DNA of 64,000 nucleotides from Pseudomonadota bacterium (GTDB lineage Archaea; Thermoplasmatota; SW-10-69-26; JACQPN01; JAJPHT01): NCBI GenBank assembly GCA_021325135.1, contig JAJPHT010000030.1, positions 64,001 to 128,000 of the forward strand, read 5' to 3'. Shown piece by piece: positions 58,801 to 64,000 of this stretch (position 1 is its first letter; each line of letters starts with the position of its first letter). The notes under the pieces were generated by a model. It saw only the letters and a program-made list of their open reading frames with translations, ran no database searches and was not told where the DNA came from. The position numbers and the translations under genes were made by a program.

Positions 58801-61800
58801 AGGCGTTCTCGTTCTGCACTTGGGCGTTGAGCAGGTTCACCTGGGTGAGGATGGCCGGGCTCATGCCCAGGGCGTCGGCCTGGATCTCGGTTGGGCTCAG
58901 GCTGCGGTTCCAGGCCTTGACTTCGTCGAGCTTGCCATGCCAGGGGTACTGGCGGGCGTTGCTGCTCAAGTCGCCCACGGTTGCCTTCTGGTTGTAGGGG
59001 TAAGTCGCGTTGGGCTGGACCAAGGGCGTGTAGGTGCCGAAGGGCGTGGTGGCGGCCTCGAGGGTGCCGTTGAGCCAGAGGCGCAGGCTGTAGCCGTCGT
59101 ACGTGAGGCCTGCGTGGTACCAGACGCCGGGTACGAGGGTCGTCGTGCCCACGGCGGTGACTTGGCTCGTGTCGGTGGTGCCCGTCCAGGCCCAGCCTTG
59201 GAGGTGGGCAGGCGTGCCGGTGGCGTAGAGGCCGAAACCGCCGTAGCTCCCAGCTGCGGTGGCACAGCAGGAGCGGCCGTTGCTCAGGATGTACCAGTTG
59301 GTCGCGCCGCCCTGTTGGCGGTTGAAGTCGTCCGCCTCGACCCATGCGGCGGCGCTGAGCTGGCCACTCGCGAGGCTCAAGTTGCCCAGCGAGTACGCCA
59401 TGGTATTGGGGCTGGTCGTGGTCGTGTTGGGCAGGTAGAGGGCCGCGCCGGCGTGGCCTTCGGGGGTGAGACTCGCGTTGCCCGCCAGGTACACGGTGTT
59501 GTTCTTGCCCGCCAAGTCCGGGACGCTGGACGGGGTGAGGTTTCCATCGGGCGAGTCGAAGCTGGCGTACAGGTTCGTGCTGCCGTCCACGCCGTGCTCG
59601 GTGGCGAACTGGTTGGCGATGCGCGTGAGGATGAGGTTCGTCTGCGCGACGAGGCTCAGGTTCGTGTTGCTGATCTGGACGAGGACGCCGTTGAATTGCG
59701 ACTGCATCGAGGCGTTGAGGTTCGAGATGGTCAGGGCGATGGCGTTGGTCTGGTTGGAGACGTTGCCGCCCAGGCTCGTGATCTGGGCTTGGAGGTAGCT
59801 CGACTGGTTCGTCAGATTGAGCTCCTCGTTGTGCACGGTCACGTTGAGCAGATTGAATTGTGTCGAGAGGTTCGTATTCGAATTGACGATCTGGGCTTGG
59901 ACGGCGTTCACCTGGGTGGACACGTTGCTGCCCGTCGAATTGACGCTGAACCAGACCTGGCTCAGTTGCGTCGAGATGTTGGTCTCCTCGTTGTGGATCG
60001 AGACGTTGAGCAGGTTGAATTGGTTCGACACGTTGGCGTTCTGGTTGAGGATCGCCGTCTGGATCGCGTTCACTTGGGAGAGCACGCTGGCGTTCGTGTT
60101 GTTGACGCTCGCCCAGACGGCATTGACCTCGGACTGGAGCGTGGCGTTGGTGTTGTTCACCTGGAAGTTCACGTAGTTGAGCTGCGCGGACACGTTCGCG
60201 TTGGCCTGCACAATCTGGACCTGGACAGCGTTGATTTGTGAGCCCAGGCTCGCATTCGTGTTGTTCACGAGGCCACTGATGCTGACGTACTGGCTCGACA
60301 GGTTCGCATTCGTGTTCACGATCTGCGCTTGGAGCACGTTCGTTTGGCTGGTGATCGTTGCCTGGGCATTGCTGACGTTGGCCTCGATTTGGTTGAACTG
60401 ATTCAACAGGAGCGGGTTGAGGTCCTGGTAGAGGCCGTACACTTCCGCGTCGGTGAGGGTGCGGTTGTAGACCCAGACCTCGTCGAGCCCCCCAAACCAG
60501 GCGTTTGAAGCGCTCAGGGCCCCGCTCGTGCCCAGGGTGATGAGGCGGCCGCCGTTGGCGTCGAGCCCTCCGGGCGCGGGGACGCTGGCCACGAGGCTGC
60601 CGTTGATGTACACGCGCAGGGTCGCGTTGTCGTACGTCATGGCGGCGTGGATCCAGGCGCCGCTGGAGAGGTTCGCGCCCGTGCTGCCCGTGACGATGGC
60701 ACCGCCGATGGTCTGGGCCTTGTAGTTGAGCACGCGCGTCGTGCTGCTCGCGTAGAAGGTGGCGTTGTGCTGGCCGAAGAGGCCCCAAGGGTGAGCGAAG
60801 CTCCAGCCCGAGCTGGCTGGATCGAGGCGCAGCCAGCCCGCGATGCTGAAGCTCGTGGAGCTCAAGGTGGAGACGTTTTGGCTGGCCCACTCGTTGCCAT
60901 TGAAGCTCAGCGCGCCCCCCACGTGGCCCGCCGTCCAGTTGCCTAGGCTCGTGGCCACGAGGGATGCGTCGTTGTGGTACGGGCTGGCGTCGTGAACGAC
61001 CGTTCCATTGGCGTCGTCGAAAGGGTACATGGCGACGACGCTGCTGTCGATGGGCGGCGCGACGCCGTGGTTGAGCACCTCGCTGCGCAGGATGTTGAGC
61101 TGCGATTGCGTCGAGACGTTGAGGTTGGTCACCTGGGCGCTGAGCGCATTCACCTGCGTGCCCAGGCTGGCATTGGTCGTGTTGATGAGTGCCCCGATGG
61201 TGTTGAACTGGCTCGACACGTTCGCGTTCTGGGTCACGATGCTGGCCTGCACCAGGTTGGTCTGATTCGTGAGGTTCGACTGGGAACTCGCGATCATGCC
61301 CGAGAGGGCGTTGAACTGCGCCTGCGCCGAGACGTTGAGGTTTGAGATGCTCGCGCTCACCAGGCTGATTTGGTTGAGGATCGAGGCGTTCGTGTTGTTC
61401 ACGCTCGCCCCGACTTGATTCACCTGGGTGGCGATGCTCGCGTTGGTGTTGTTGACCAGGGTCGAGAGCGCGTTCACTTGGGTCGAGACGTTCGCGTTCT
61501 CGTTGACTATCTGGGCCTGGACGAAGTTGAACTGGGTTCCGACCGAGGCGTTGAGATTGGAGAGGTTCGTGCTCACGCCTGTGATTTGCGTCTGGATGCT
61601 CGTGTTCGTGTTGTTTAGCAAGAGGTTGGAATAGACGATTTGGCTCCCCAGGCTCGCGTTGGTGTTGTTCACGAGCTGCTGGGCGTAGGCGAGTTGGTTC
61701 GTCACGTTGGAATTGAGGTTCACGAGGCTCTGGGAGACGCTGGCGACCTGCGTGCTCACGTTCGTCTGAAAGTTGTTGATGTTCTGCTGGATCATGGCCG

Positions 61801-64000
61801 CCTGGGCCGAGACGTTCGTGTTGGTGTTGTTGATGCCCGCGTAGATGCCCAGGATCTGCTGGCCGACCCAGGAGTTGGAGGAATTAAAGAGCGCCGCGAT
61901 GGTCGTGGTCTGCTGCTGGATCGTGGAGTCCTGGTTGTTGATGTGGATGCCCACGTTGACTTGCTGGTTGTAGACCTGGCTGGCGACGTTGTTGATCAGG
62001 AATACGACCGAGAAGAGGTCGTAGCCGCGAATCCAGATGAACTGGTCCTGGTTGACCAATAGGCTCGCACTGGCGCTCGCGCCGGCAAGGACTTCCGTGA
62101 GAAGGCCGGCGCTGCTGGCCGTGCTGCCGGTGAGGAAGACGCGGACGTAGCGGACATCCTGGGGCGAGAAGGAGAGGACTTGCCGACCCTGGTAGTCCAC
62201 GTTGGCGCTCGTGCACACGCCCCCAGCGGACCCCGGCATCGTGGGGCCCACGCGGGTAGCGAGCCCGCCTCCTGCGCAGCCGTTCTGCGTGCTGTCCCAG
62301 AGCAGGCTCCATCCGTTGTGGACAGGGTCGGCGCTGGTCTCGACGCGATAGCCATAGAAGCTGCGTGCGTCGCCATCCCAAAGGTGGAGCGTCAGGTTGG
62401 TGAGCTTGGAGACACGGTTGAGATCCAGCGTCCCGAAGTAGGCCAACGTCTCGCCCTGCGCGGTGGCGTTCGCGGCGCTGCAGTAGGCCACCGTGGATTC
62501 AGCGCCATCCAGGCACGCCGCGCCGTTGCCGGTCACGCCGTTGCCGGGCACTCCCGTGTTGGCGGGCTGTCCCGTGCAGGAAAGCTGGAGGCAGAGGCTC
62601 CCGTCGCCGGCCGTGTCCTGTGCGGGGCTGGGCATCCAGTAGGGCTGCGTGCTGCCGGTGTAGTTGTACGCGTAGTCCACGAGTTGGGGTGGTTGGAGGT
62701 TGGCGTCGTAGATGTCCGTCTGGAGCGCGTATGTGTCCTGGGGGACTTCGAGGCTCGTGATCTCCCCGGGCAGGACCCACGTGGCGTACGTCTTCCCGTT
62801 GGCGCTCATCTGGAGGTAGGCCGGGTCGGTCTGCGTGTTCTTGATCTTCACCTGGTAGAGCGTGACGCCCACGTCGAGAAAGAGCTGGGGCTTCACGACG
62901 TTGAGCACGCCGTACGTGCTCGTGACTTGGCTAAAGGGGCAGGCCTCGCCGTTCGCGCCGGTGCAGGAGTAGCTGGCCAGGTCCGGGGGTGGCCAGACCA
63001 TGTGGCCGAAGTAGTCCTTCACCGCGATGTAATAGGTGTTGCCCACGTAGAGCGGCACGCGGCCGCCCACGACGCGGCTGCTTTCGGTGATGGTGGGCGT
63101 GGTGCTCACGTACACCTTGTAGAAGTCGGGGTTGAGGCCGAAGCCGGTGTTGTTGTCGAAGAAGTTGTAGTAGATCACTCCGTCCGCGTACACCTGCGGC
63201 ACGGGGCCTCCAGGGCTCGTTGTGCTGGTTGGGGCGTTGCCAATGGCGACGGGCCAGCTTTTCTTCGCCAAGACGCCGTTGACGGTGTCGGTGAAGCCGA
63301 TGGTGACGTAGTAGTTGCCCGGGGCAAGGTACGTCGTCGTCATGATGCTTAGGAAGTTGCCGTTCGTCGCGTTGTAGGAAGGGCCCACGCCGACGTTGTT
63401 GGGCAAGGGCGTGCCGTTGGCGTACGTGACCGTCATGTTGGTCATGTAGCCGCTGATGGGCCGATTGTTGACGTCGAGAATCAGGCCCTGGGCCATGATG
63501 TAGTCGCCTGACCGGACGAGGCCGGGGACCGTGATGTTGAACTGCGTCCCCCAGGTGAGGTTCACGCTGCCCATGCTTTGGAGCGTGGTCTGGTTGTAGG
63601 TCACGACGGGGCCGATGTAGAACGCGTTTTGGTCGGACTGAAGCGCCTGGGAAGAGGGCTGATAAGTAGGGCTGTTGTAGGCCGTGTAGACGCCGTTCTG
63701 GGTGGGCCATCCCGGGCAGGCGCCGCAGATGTTCGCCGACATGGGCGCCATGCTGACGCGGATGTCGGTGCTGCTCTCGGACTTGACGTAGGTGAAAACC
63801 TGGCCGGTGGTGACGAGGAGGTTGAAAGGGGAGGAGCAGAGCCATGTGGGCGATGTGGCGCTCGTGGGCACGGTGATGGTGCCAGTGGCGAGCTCCTTGC
63901 CCCCCACGCTGGCGCTCAATCCCCAGCCGATGGTGTAGGGTGCGTTCCCCGTGGCGATGACCCGAGCATTGAGGCACACGTTGGTGACCGTGTAGCTGGT
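40676..64000 (-). CDS. Giant surface glycoprotein/polyprotein (>7,770 aa, 5' end outside the window): discoidin (F5/8C), coiled-coil stalk with LamG domains, Ig-like, internal sorting signal plus second signal peptide, FN3 array, propeller-like region
   Basis: Frame is open to the right edge. F5/8C: LDL....LTNLTLHLWDGD.R.YGYRVETS...VRYVRV. LamG: W.HAAMTYD...RVYINGSL...FGGLDEVWVYNRTL. FN3 repeats present; very high N-x-S/T density. Confidence 0.9.
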   Translation of the reverse strand, partial: TSYTVTNVCLNARVIATGNAPYTIGWGLSASVGGKELATGTITVPTSATSPTWLCSSPFNLLVTTGQVFTYVKSESSTDIRVSMAPMSANICGACPGWPTQNGVYTAYNSPTYQPSSQALQSDQNAFYIGPVVTYNQTTLQSMGSVNLTWGTQFNITVPGLVRSGDYIMAQGLILDVNNRPISGYMTNMTVTYANGTPLPNNVGVGPSYNATNGNFLSIMTTTYLAPGNYYVTIGFTDTVNGVLAKKSWPVAIGNAPTSTTSPGGPVPQVYADGVIYYNFFDNNTGFGLNPDFYKVYVSTTPTITESSRVVGGRVPLYVGNTYYIAVKDYFGHMVWPPPDLASYSCTGANGEACPFSQVTSTYGVLNVVKPQLFLDVGVTLYQVKIKNTQTDPAYLQMSANGKTYATWVLPGEITSLEVPQDTYALQTDIYDANLQPPQLVDYAYNYTGSTQPYWMPSPAQDTAGDGSLCLQLSCTGQPANTGVPGNGVTGNGAACLDGAESTVAYCSAANATAQGETLAYFGTLDLNRVSKLTNLTLHLWDGDARSFYGYRVETSADPVHNGWSLLWDSTQNGCAGGGLATRVGPTMPGSAGGVCTSANVDYQGRQVLSFSPQDVRYVRVFLTGSTASSAGLLTEVLAGASASASLLVNQDQFIWIRGYDLFSVVFLINNVASQVYNQQVNVGIHINNQDSTIQQQTTTIAALFNSSNSWVGQQILGIYAGINNTNTNVSAQAAMIQQNINNFQTNVSTQVASVSQSLVNLNSNVTNQLAYAQQLVNNTNASLGSQIVYSNLLLNNTNTSIQTQITGVSTNLSNLNASVGTQFNFVQAQIVNENANVSTQVNALSTLVNNTNASIATQVNQVGASVNNTNASILNQISLVSASISNLNVSAQAQFNALSGMIASSQSNLTNQTNLVQASIVTQNANVSSQFNTIGALINTTNASLGTQVNALSAQVTNLNVSTQSQLNILRSEVLNHGVAPPIDSSVVAMYPFDDANGTVVHDASPYHNDASLVATSLGNWTAGHVGGALSFNGNEWASQNVSTLSSTSFSIAGWLRLDPASSGWSFAHPWGLFGQHNATFYASSTTRVLNYKAQTIGGAIVTGSTGANLSSGAWIHAAMTYDNATLRVYINGSLVASVPAPGGLDANGGRLITLGTSGALSASNAWFGGLDEVWVYNRTLTDAEVYGLYQDLNPLLLNQFNQIEANVSNAQATITSQTNVLQAQIVNTNANLSSQYVSISGLVNNTNASLGSQINAVQVQIVQANANVSAQLNYVNFQVNNTNATLQSEVNAVWASVNNTNASVLSQVNAIQTAILNQNANVSNQFNLLNVSIHNEETNISTQLSQVWFSVNSTGSNVSTQVNAVQAQIVNSNTNLSTQFNLLNVTVHNEELNLTNQSSYLQAQITSLGGNVSNQTNAIALTISNLNASMQSQFNGVLVQISNTNLSLVAQTNLILTRIANQFATEHGVDGSTNLYASFDSPDGNLTPSSVPDLAGKNNTVYLAGNASLTPEGHAGAALYLPNTTTTSPNTMAYSLGNLSLASGQLSAAAWVEADDFNRQQGGATNWYILSNGRSCCATAAGSYGGFGLYATGTPAHLQGWAWTGTTDTSQVTAVGTTTLVPGVWYHAGLTYDGYSLRLWLNGTLEAATTPFGTYTPLVQPNATYPYNQKATVGDLSSNARQYPWHGKLDEVKAWNRSLSPTEIQADALGMSPAILTQVNLLNAQVQNENASLTGQINVVNTNLSNVNASLQAQVTSVATTLVNTNASIQNQVNIVWGAVNNTNLSIGTQANLIRGDIATTNGNVTTQFNTLSFGLHNTETNITNQTFALWASVNNTNSTVVSQANLVSALIVNANTSTTSQFNLIYGEVRNTETNLTSQTSQVSAQISSANSTSVNQTNAIQAQIVAENLNLSAQYNTLVAAQTSSNATVVNQTNLLMAQLASVNLNATNQSNLISATIRSTEGNITNQTNLVAGQIVSENANVSTQFNLVLSNLSVVNGTVVNQTNLLSGRISQEETNLTSQANTILLNISSQNSTMLNQTNSLLVSIVNSNATIANQTNLILARIFNEFAIQRGIDGSAALYAPFDDLSNNTLAKDQSGKGHDLILKGGAVEVAGGRVGSSLDLQPLAPNVNTTGLVAWYRLDEHYGGAANDSTQLGRDGSYNPQANMSHVHGKYGYAATFDGANDEVILPTAPFTSGLTGDRTLEAWIYPQGLDRNGATILTTKNYPDGTSPGYWFGLDAAGRLSFVTSDGSGAESNVTASASLPLNTWEQAVAVYAQATNTATLYVNGSPIATGTLGLAPGVGGRALLGGEAVLPETQGGNKAGWIGRLDEIRAYNFAEGPQDVAWRAISQHGISQYAQSPSNLTLNSGSLSASAWIYAADFDNWTQSLGSSAWYVLGNDRDCTCSSGAWGGFSLYVAGGTPKLQGRVWLDNTTTLTATGATPLQPGAWYHVGLVYDQSSLRLYLNGAQDAQSLAPSAPRPMAPPNETYFGQHGLTVGDLACCAPIFGWHGMIDEAKVWDRSLNPTEMQADAVGVSPGLLNQVNLLSQSIATSNASIQTQVNLVQSQIRTSESNLTAQTNTVLVNLSNLNANLSTQANLLQAHVTNTETNLTTQISAFSANVSNLNSSVLNQYNSLTAQVQNTNANLSAQTNIVGALVNNTNASLAGQLNAVQVSIANQNASLGAQLNYVDFLVNNSNASLQSQVSTVLGAVNNANATVVTQANQILAQIQNQNANVSNQFNSLSLVVHNEEANLSSQANLIWFTVNNTNSSVQTQTSLVSSQVVNLNTSVVQQFAATNTLVQNAQSAITNQTLAIQASVASTNASLGNQTTTIEAQIVTQNANVTAQYNSLVASVLSGNATLVNQTNAILSQIAASNSTVGNQTNFVLGQIRTSEANLTNQSNFLSGAIVSENANVSSQFNLILASVASANASIQNQSSTLQANITTLNSSLQAQTSSLSAQIASTNVNLSAQYNVLAASITSENLTLLNQTSLLSAQILSANLNATNQTNLVTGTIRTTEANLSSQSNLLAGQVVSENANVSTQFNLVLSNITTLNASVSSQANALSAQVSNVNLSLANQSNQIEASISSTNTNLSAQFNAISAAIQTSNTSIQNQTNLILSSLSSVNATVGNQTNLVLGQVRVSESNLTNQSNYVEGQIVSQGANITSQFNVVLSSVATTNATVVNQSSQLSALISTTNASLQNQTNTLQAQLVSQNANLSLQYNALSAAITSENLTLLNQTNALAAQIAMSNATLVNQSNLLYGEIRTTEANLTNVTNVVSAQIVSENTNVSTQYNVLVTTLSTLNGTVLNQSNLLSAQIASTNASLQNQTNAVSLQIVAANATMVNQTNAILTEVLNSNASLSQQENTLLARVINQFANANDPLAPTDTVAKYAYDEGTGTTAYDTTANGRHGTVSWGAPTWVQGRYGTGLLFNGVNDTLDYAPASDFTGLSNKTLSAWVLPTGSGSLGETIFTTMAKGKNAPAGYWFGLGPGNYTPAFTMADGTRNETAWASRGLAPNEWHHVAASYNNATRGASFWIDGAPAGTSTLSLVTLGVITASFARSGGEATNPDPVGGHQAGFHGTLDELHVYRRPITDSEALALYLGASAGIGLQYNLLSQAVSNANLSGTTQLNLLQSQVMNLNGNLSSQTNTVLVNLSNLNTSLQSQVNLLQAHVANVETNVSAQVNLVSANLSTLNATVGSQYNGLVGQVVNTNLNLSAQTNYVTSLLNQTNASVGTQLNSVQVSLAQGNANITAQVSYVGLVVNNTNASLGSQLSTVTSQVQNTNASVASQANAIMGQIVNQNTNVSNQYNSLSLLVRNEEANITSQVNQVWFGVNNTNATLQTQTLLLGSKIDNANTNVSTQFALQSLQIHNEETNVTNQSSSLLVNISNMNASVGTQFQGVTLQVSNLNASLQSQVNALSAQISNSNLSAQQQVNLVWATLNNTNSSLGTSITILSGKIDFNQAQINTSFAQVQANLSFTNTTILNNLTSLNQSLQTRLQEVLGDVDARGQDALNQTLWVLANVTTLQGNLTAQLLNETTQVLGHVDARSDAVYNQTLLVLANITSAQSNLSQQAESNLLLILGNVTTRSDDLVLRTTTLLNLLVTNQGGLNESLRDNFTTLLAQVNARSDQVVGQEALLLSNLTGVSTSVASNATLILGQLNARSDDLVLRTTTLLSNLTAQNATLNAGLAAQGLLILGAVSNRSDDLVARTEAILANLASTNTTLNASLQANAVSILATISARSDDLALRSTSLLENLTNARQGLNDSLHATALSILASLAGQEDAAFNQTTAILSALSTNQAQQNQSLVGLELDVLGSLANQSSQAQAREDQILQSIALNASATTSTLSAQTLQVLTVVNQRDDALVNQTLHLLDTLTGVNATLSQDLAERALSILAAVDNRSDDLVARQEAILASIAANATQTNEALTTTAFTVLARVDARSDDLANRSTTILANLTLGTASLNQSVTLAALTILAQVDNRSDAVYQRELDILDGLETNATSITQHLTAQEVAVLAQLNARSDQIVNHTLDILASIESQNQTAVATVLSAEAALLGDARTRQDDVINATLNLSASLRLVNTSLADALLRTAQDVESSVGQNVSTTLDALALLSQRVGSLGNATIADTIQSILAQQAQFGQDEALALAALRGDVASNTTRLIDRMDATGLRLEATLGEVQAALGQNTTQDIQDALAAINENLTRSVRLYIPGLTTNDTTAPTSVLYASVSLEAPNTIIVGWSAFDTQNLVTGVTVWGRPVGLGDWTLLVANASRQGSAAWTNALDGVAYEFKSTSTDAVGNQETDPAAPQHNWIIVTYHAPERPIVTPPTSTQEVAQGVFKRPFLIPGPSAPGALLVVALAALLARPRTAKPSRGPCQRAPARPFATCLLGLAMGVMVVLLFVPLVAGQGSPPAAPGNLRAVPGSGTINLTWDPPVGATTTSTTDAASVRDSLAPDQNAAAFTWEPASQATTLQTAQNIETGLASIPSTYLQQSFTVPTSGFLYQASFELQFTPACSQTEWFEIQLWQGTTMLADSASDAITPWIVGTHSPWGLPATFTRAVPLNPGVTYALRLLPSARMCANEKVSLMDSLSGGTANLAGHCVSKDPTTGLMNDVGQYCGLLVSLHDTTINQAASKWWPPSIPSTDVRAPGPAQTLPTSYAGPNGLNARYAGFKVTTTSRVDRIDLSITGCAGLTQGAWTLYATDSSGQPTTPIATSSPLTLQSDGFASLVFDPPPTLSSANTYALKIGGTNTATCTYGTDTTGGAATWANYYVITHPCADNTCGWTKDGNTGFYLNLWSSTYAPDAYLTSNPLTTPNDANSYQVTPVVFNTNGCLFCQLDMNINGQWFNPMFSKQVGNLPGTPRTLTATLEWIGDSGLALSVPTNGISVTWSPNYLVSTSVQRSQSGSSETNVFTPGPLSATFGGPNAWQSANGIYRIPVSPKLTTLSTAQVYGEPAPTSVGSLSSLAPGTYFFDASNHVVFLESRVGPFGPSYAPQAAANGTTAGQSVTTYRVYKSTDGTTYSLVGATGGLNASYDVNNLQNRQTYAFEVTALNGAGEGPPTSPLWAMPHAMPPGAPVALTLSPGNGFVDVAWSMNASTGGAAPTDYVIYAGSNPGLLVNLSDTGGSNTTFRANGLTNGGSYYFAISAVNTAGEGPLGPSQGVMPVAGPAPIAPTLAHAAGSGSSPSIQLSWTPNSQGPAATDYNVYAGLTGTSRVLVGDTGGANQSYLVNNLVKGQAYAFVVTTLANGQESAPSNLVTDTPSFAPYSPNLLVAQPRNGAVDLAWSPPSKSSGTPVTNYAVLKNGAQVALVGGTNTTFTLNGLTNGVTVSLQVAALAGTPGDPSNSLTVTPTLNAPPLPGAVSGLAAVPRDGGALLTWVANPETSLAGYYVYRGAVPGFDLGQPVANLSWSSISYADAGIPNAQPAYYRLVAYDSSFHNASPSAQVAVLPCAGCGVAPTPPRNLSARVQDAALSLRWILPAWDGRNPITQLNLYRGTSLNWTLLTTLPPTATTYQDAPLLNGVTYTYRLAAQNAQGEGGFAWLNATPARVPYAPTPVASVRPDNIVHLTWTPPANGGLPILYYRLYRMNPQTLIATINATSYSDARPNWDPQAYTYGVSAVSLAGEGDVGQSGAVSVASRDFLSPSDLRNVTLRVTGAPQGMPTLSQAGNPFGNGLSNPGVAIATSTDGVNNYRVTLRARDQNDPTSNPQSGQSMFTTGATPKFYLYPETTSLTANGVDLTLYLVWGNGPTGNRTLQNATTDWVYATLTFFNFATSQVSTTSQFAIPFCETQGCISYKSVTGVGGTSTQTLTTQWWINKNAANTLGPAAANLAYAGSYRMAITAAWRNGATNQIDSTSNSDWDQGPAGSYGNSQAGYLTTTANVTSYETYHADEGCAQPESQITRGESICGKIQTETTPWRLQPDYDQNWMKTANTAFDGSVQTVSSQGDVGTMQTPLQTGSRTIFLFGDAGGVYARAYDANMKIQQSRVVLINKNQEGTPGQLLSLTYYSPQDAYYLVYQLVGDQKWYLKQFDTNLNLVRSFNVGSLCGSCTQSLGAIAGKQGIVLYYGQTNQGISVTFYDPTQDAITTVGQVLTVTTGATQNPNVVYGNGEFLLTAERVGTGTALKLSGRFLDERGNPLGTGTFDILDRSTDTPTNSGSMTHAYGVAYDARSRYWLVAATTNDGRVFAIPVNPTTNAVVGTMKQITAATSSLNVEVELVSYQQEVLCFLGVMVQDAQTSTSQDATFSYALLSAEGETLRPFVTIVTAPQTAVYPIGSAGFALSSYAWTTGTSATFMWLGMTPDASTTAWNYTVLMPQESLLVREADAFNNTLAWGELAWTSKTLTYQVQTAPNASPGPIMETVLVARQLPFNSLQPWVQFNTQRAPAYNATSLAFQTMITRPDTGQRTNASYYIDNQILLGSTRSPQVLGEVGASATTPAYATTDAFQVGATLKDRWGNPLRNTTVQIFLASGFGTNDPVQSATNQTGDVACAPCTASLAGQPDTYNATTLLAPDPLDYHYVLLTPGASPALDSPDIRLLGDQPQRATTTTGGTGLSLPDAPNATTPNLLDVSNKVWLAQSTLAYRGAVAPYADLMAGDTQRANATLWGSRGQPAPDGTQVQVIFTRPSLATQVLTRTTTGGLIPNADLLHASSDPAGSWTLSFQLPNGTQTTPDPYNETWQVSRAIQADWLDTNITGNTTTPFKAYEPGEVVQVGGLLRHADGAAYRVKNPNASLGYARNVTVMVYRGSGTTEYGTDAFANQSAVGVDPATGLFTTSLPVPNSATSTYTSTHSATYDGNWGYSLRVFDGTSSLTSNALGNDLNSPNRLDIDKSLYVAQYVESRNDTDNPSDTDYNSGLDDSPGNAPDSDYSRVSVKNVRGEPTNQFNGLSVLRTLTNPFTAQVTSTTSLPLTPLNPATGLYRTAWGPWTAWTTSSASYTLQSSDTHGATTIRPDPGPAQLTGARVHYAFAKIDPARTLILRSQTQSIVVTAADSFVDLSDNGVLDFSAGPLQGVSGHLSDYDDGSTSLWTFNQSFANQASPFNLSYTYTSTDRTGYRDTYLSLAAGAQGKLKGREWITSPGQYDHHAPAAPTSSLILPRQTWVVQNQSDWNQHGPAQSIDTSQGVLRIAPGTSSARWVSPIRSAGTPTQASLAASLTLNAAADGLVVAWINTSNDDFLSQEASAQTMLNGPLTGSVTLNLPSGTARDYRLSLVLAGVVAGAGVVAGRVHRVAGRQEGNQGSEGEACGQ
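49830..61990 (-). repeat. Degenerate protein-level repeats: 18-aa period (about 61990-51980, interrupted by LamG blocks), then about 40-aa period with RSDD motif (about 51980-49830)
   Basis: 18-aa examples NNTNTNVSAQAAMIQQNI, NNFQTNVSTQVASVSQSL, VNLNSNVTNQLAYAQQLV. 40-aa example RSDAVYNQTLLVLANITSAQSNLSQQAESNLLLILGNVTT. Confidence 0.85.

Noticed and set aside
49830-61990. Repetitive DNA as a CRISPR array, satellite or DGR template repeat
   Set aside because: The repeats are degenerate and exist at protein level. There are no identical direct repeats with spacers, no adenine-specific TR/VR pair was noticed, and no cas or reverse transcriptase gene is present.

Overview
High-GC (roughly 65-70% by eye) accessory region devoted to the cell surface and signalling. 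It has no core housekeeping genes, and I found no rRNA, tRNA, CRISPR array, integrase or transposase. GAGGTGA/GGAGG ribosome-binding sites, L/M-A-G-C lipoboxes, an IPGP-TM-basic sorting signal, tandem winged-HTH regulators and dense N-x-S/T sequons suggest an uncultured euryarchaeon, probably Thermoplasmatota (inference). Layout from left to right: (1) secreted proteins with a DxGxGxDA motif, PPC-like and CARDB domains, one of them ending in a Cys-paired repeat solenoid. (2) A minus-strand operon ending in a 3627-aa multidomain surface protein whose C-terminus (hydrophobic hairpin plus divergent tip) is followed 3 bp later by a small lipoprotein, resembling a toxin/immunity pair. (3) A small wHTH gene with divergent micro-ORFs and a palindromic operator. 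(4) A tightly coupled locus of about 18 kb with five paralogous TPR modules, two paralogous double-wHTH regulators, three paralogous 7-8TM receptor-like proteins with a conserved CxxxC loop, a metzincin lipoprotein, a STAS/SEC14-like membrane protein and two ATGA-coupled micro-ORFs. (5) A giant ORF of more than 7,770 aa, open beyond the right edge. It has a very long 18-/40-residue-periodic coiled-coil stalk carrying LamG domains, then an internal sorting signal immediately followed by a second signal peptide (apparent polyprotein), and ends at an apparent junction with a truncated convergent gene. All domain calls are by eye from motifs; no database searches were run.
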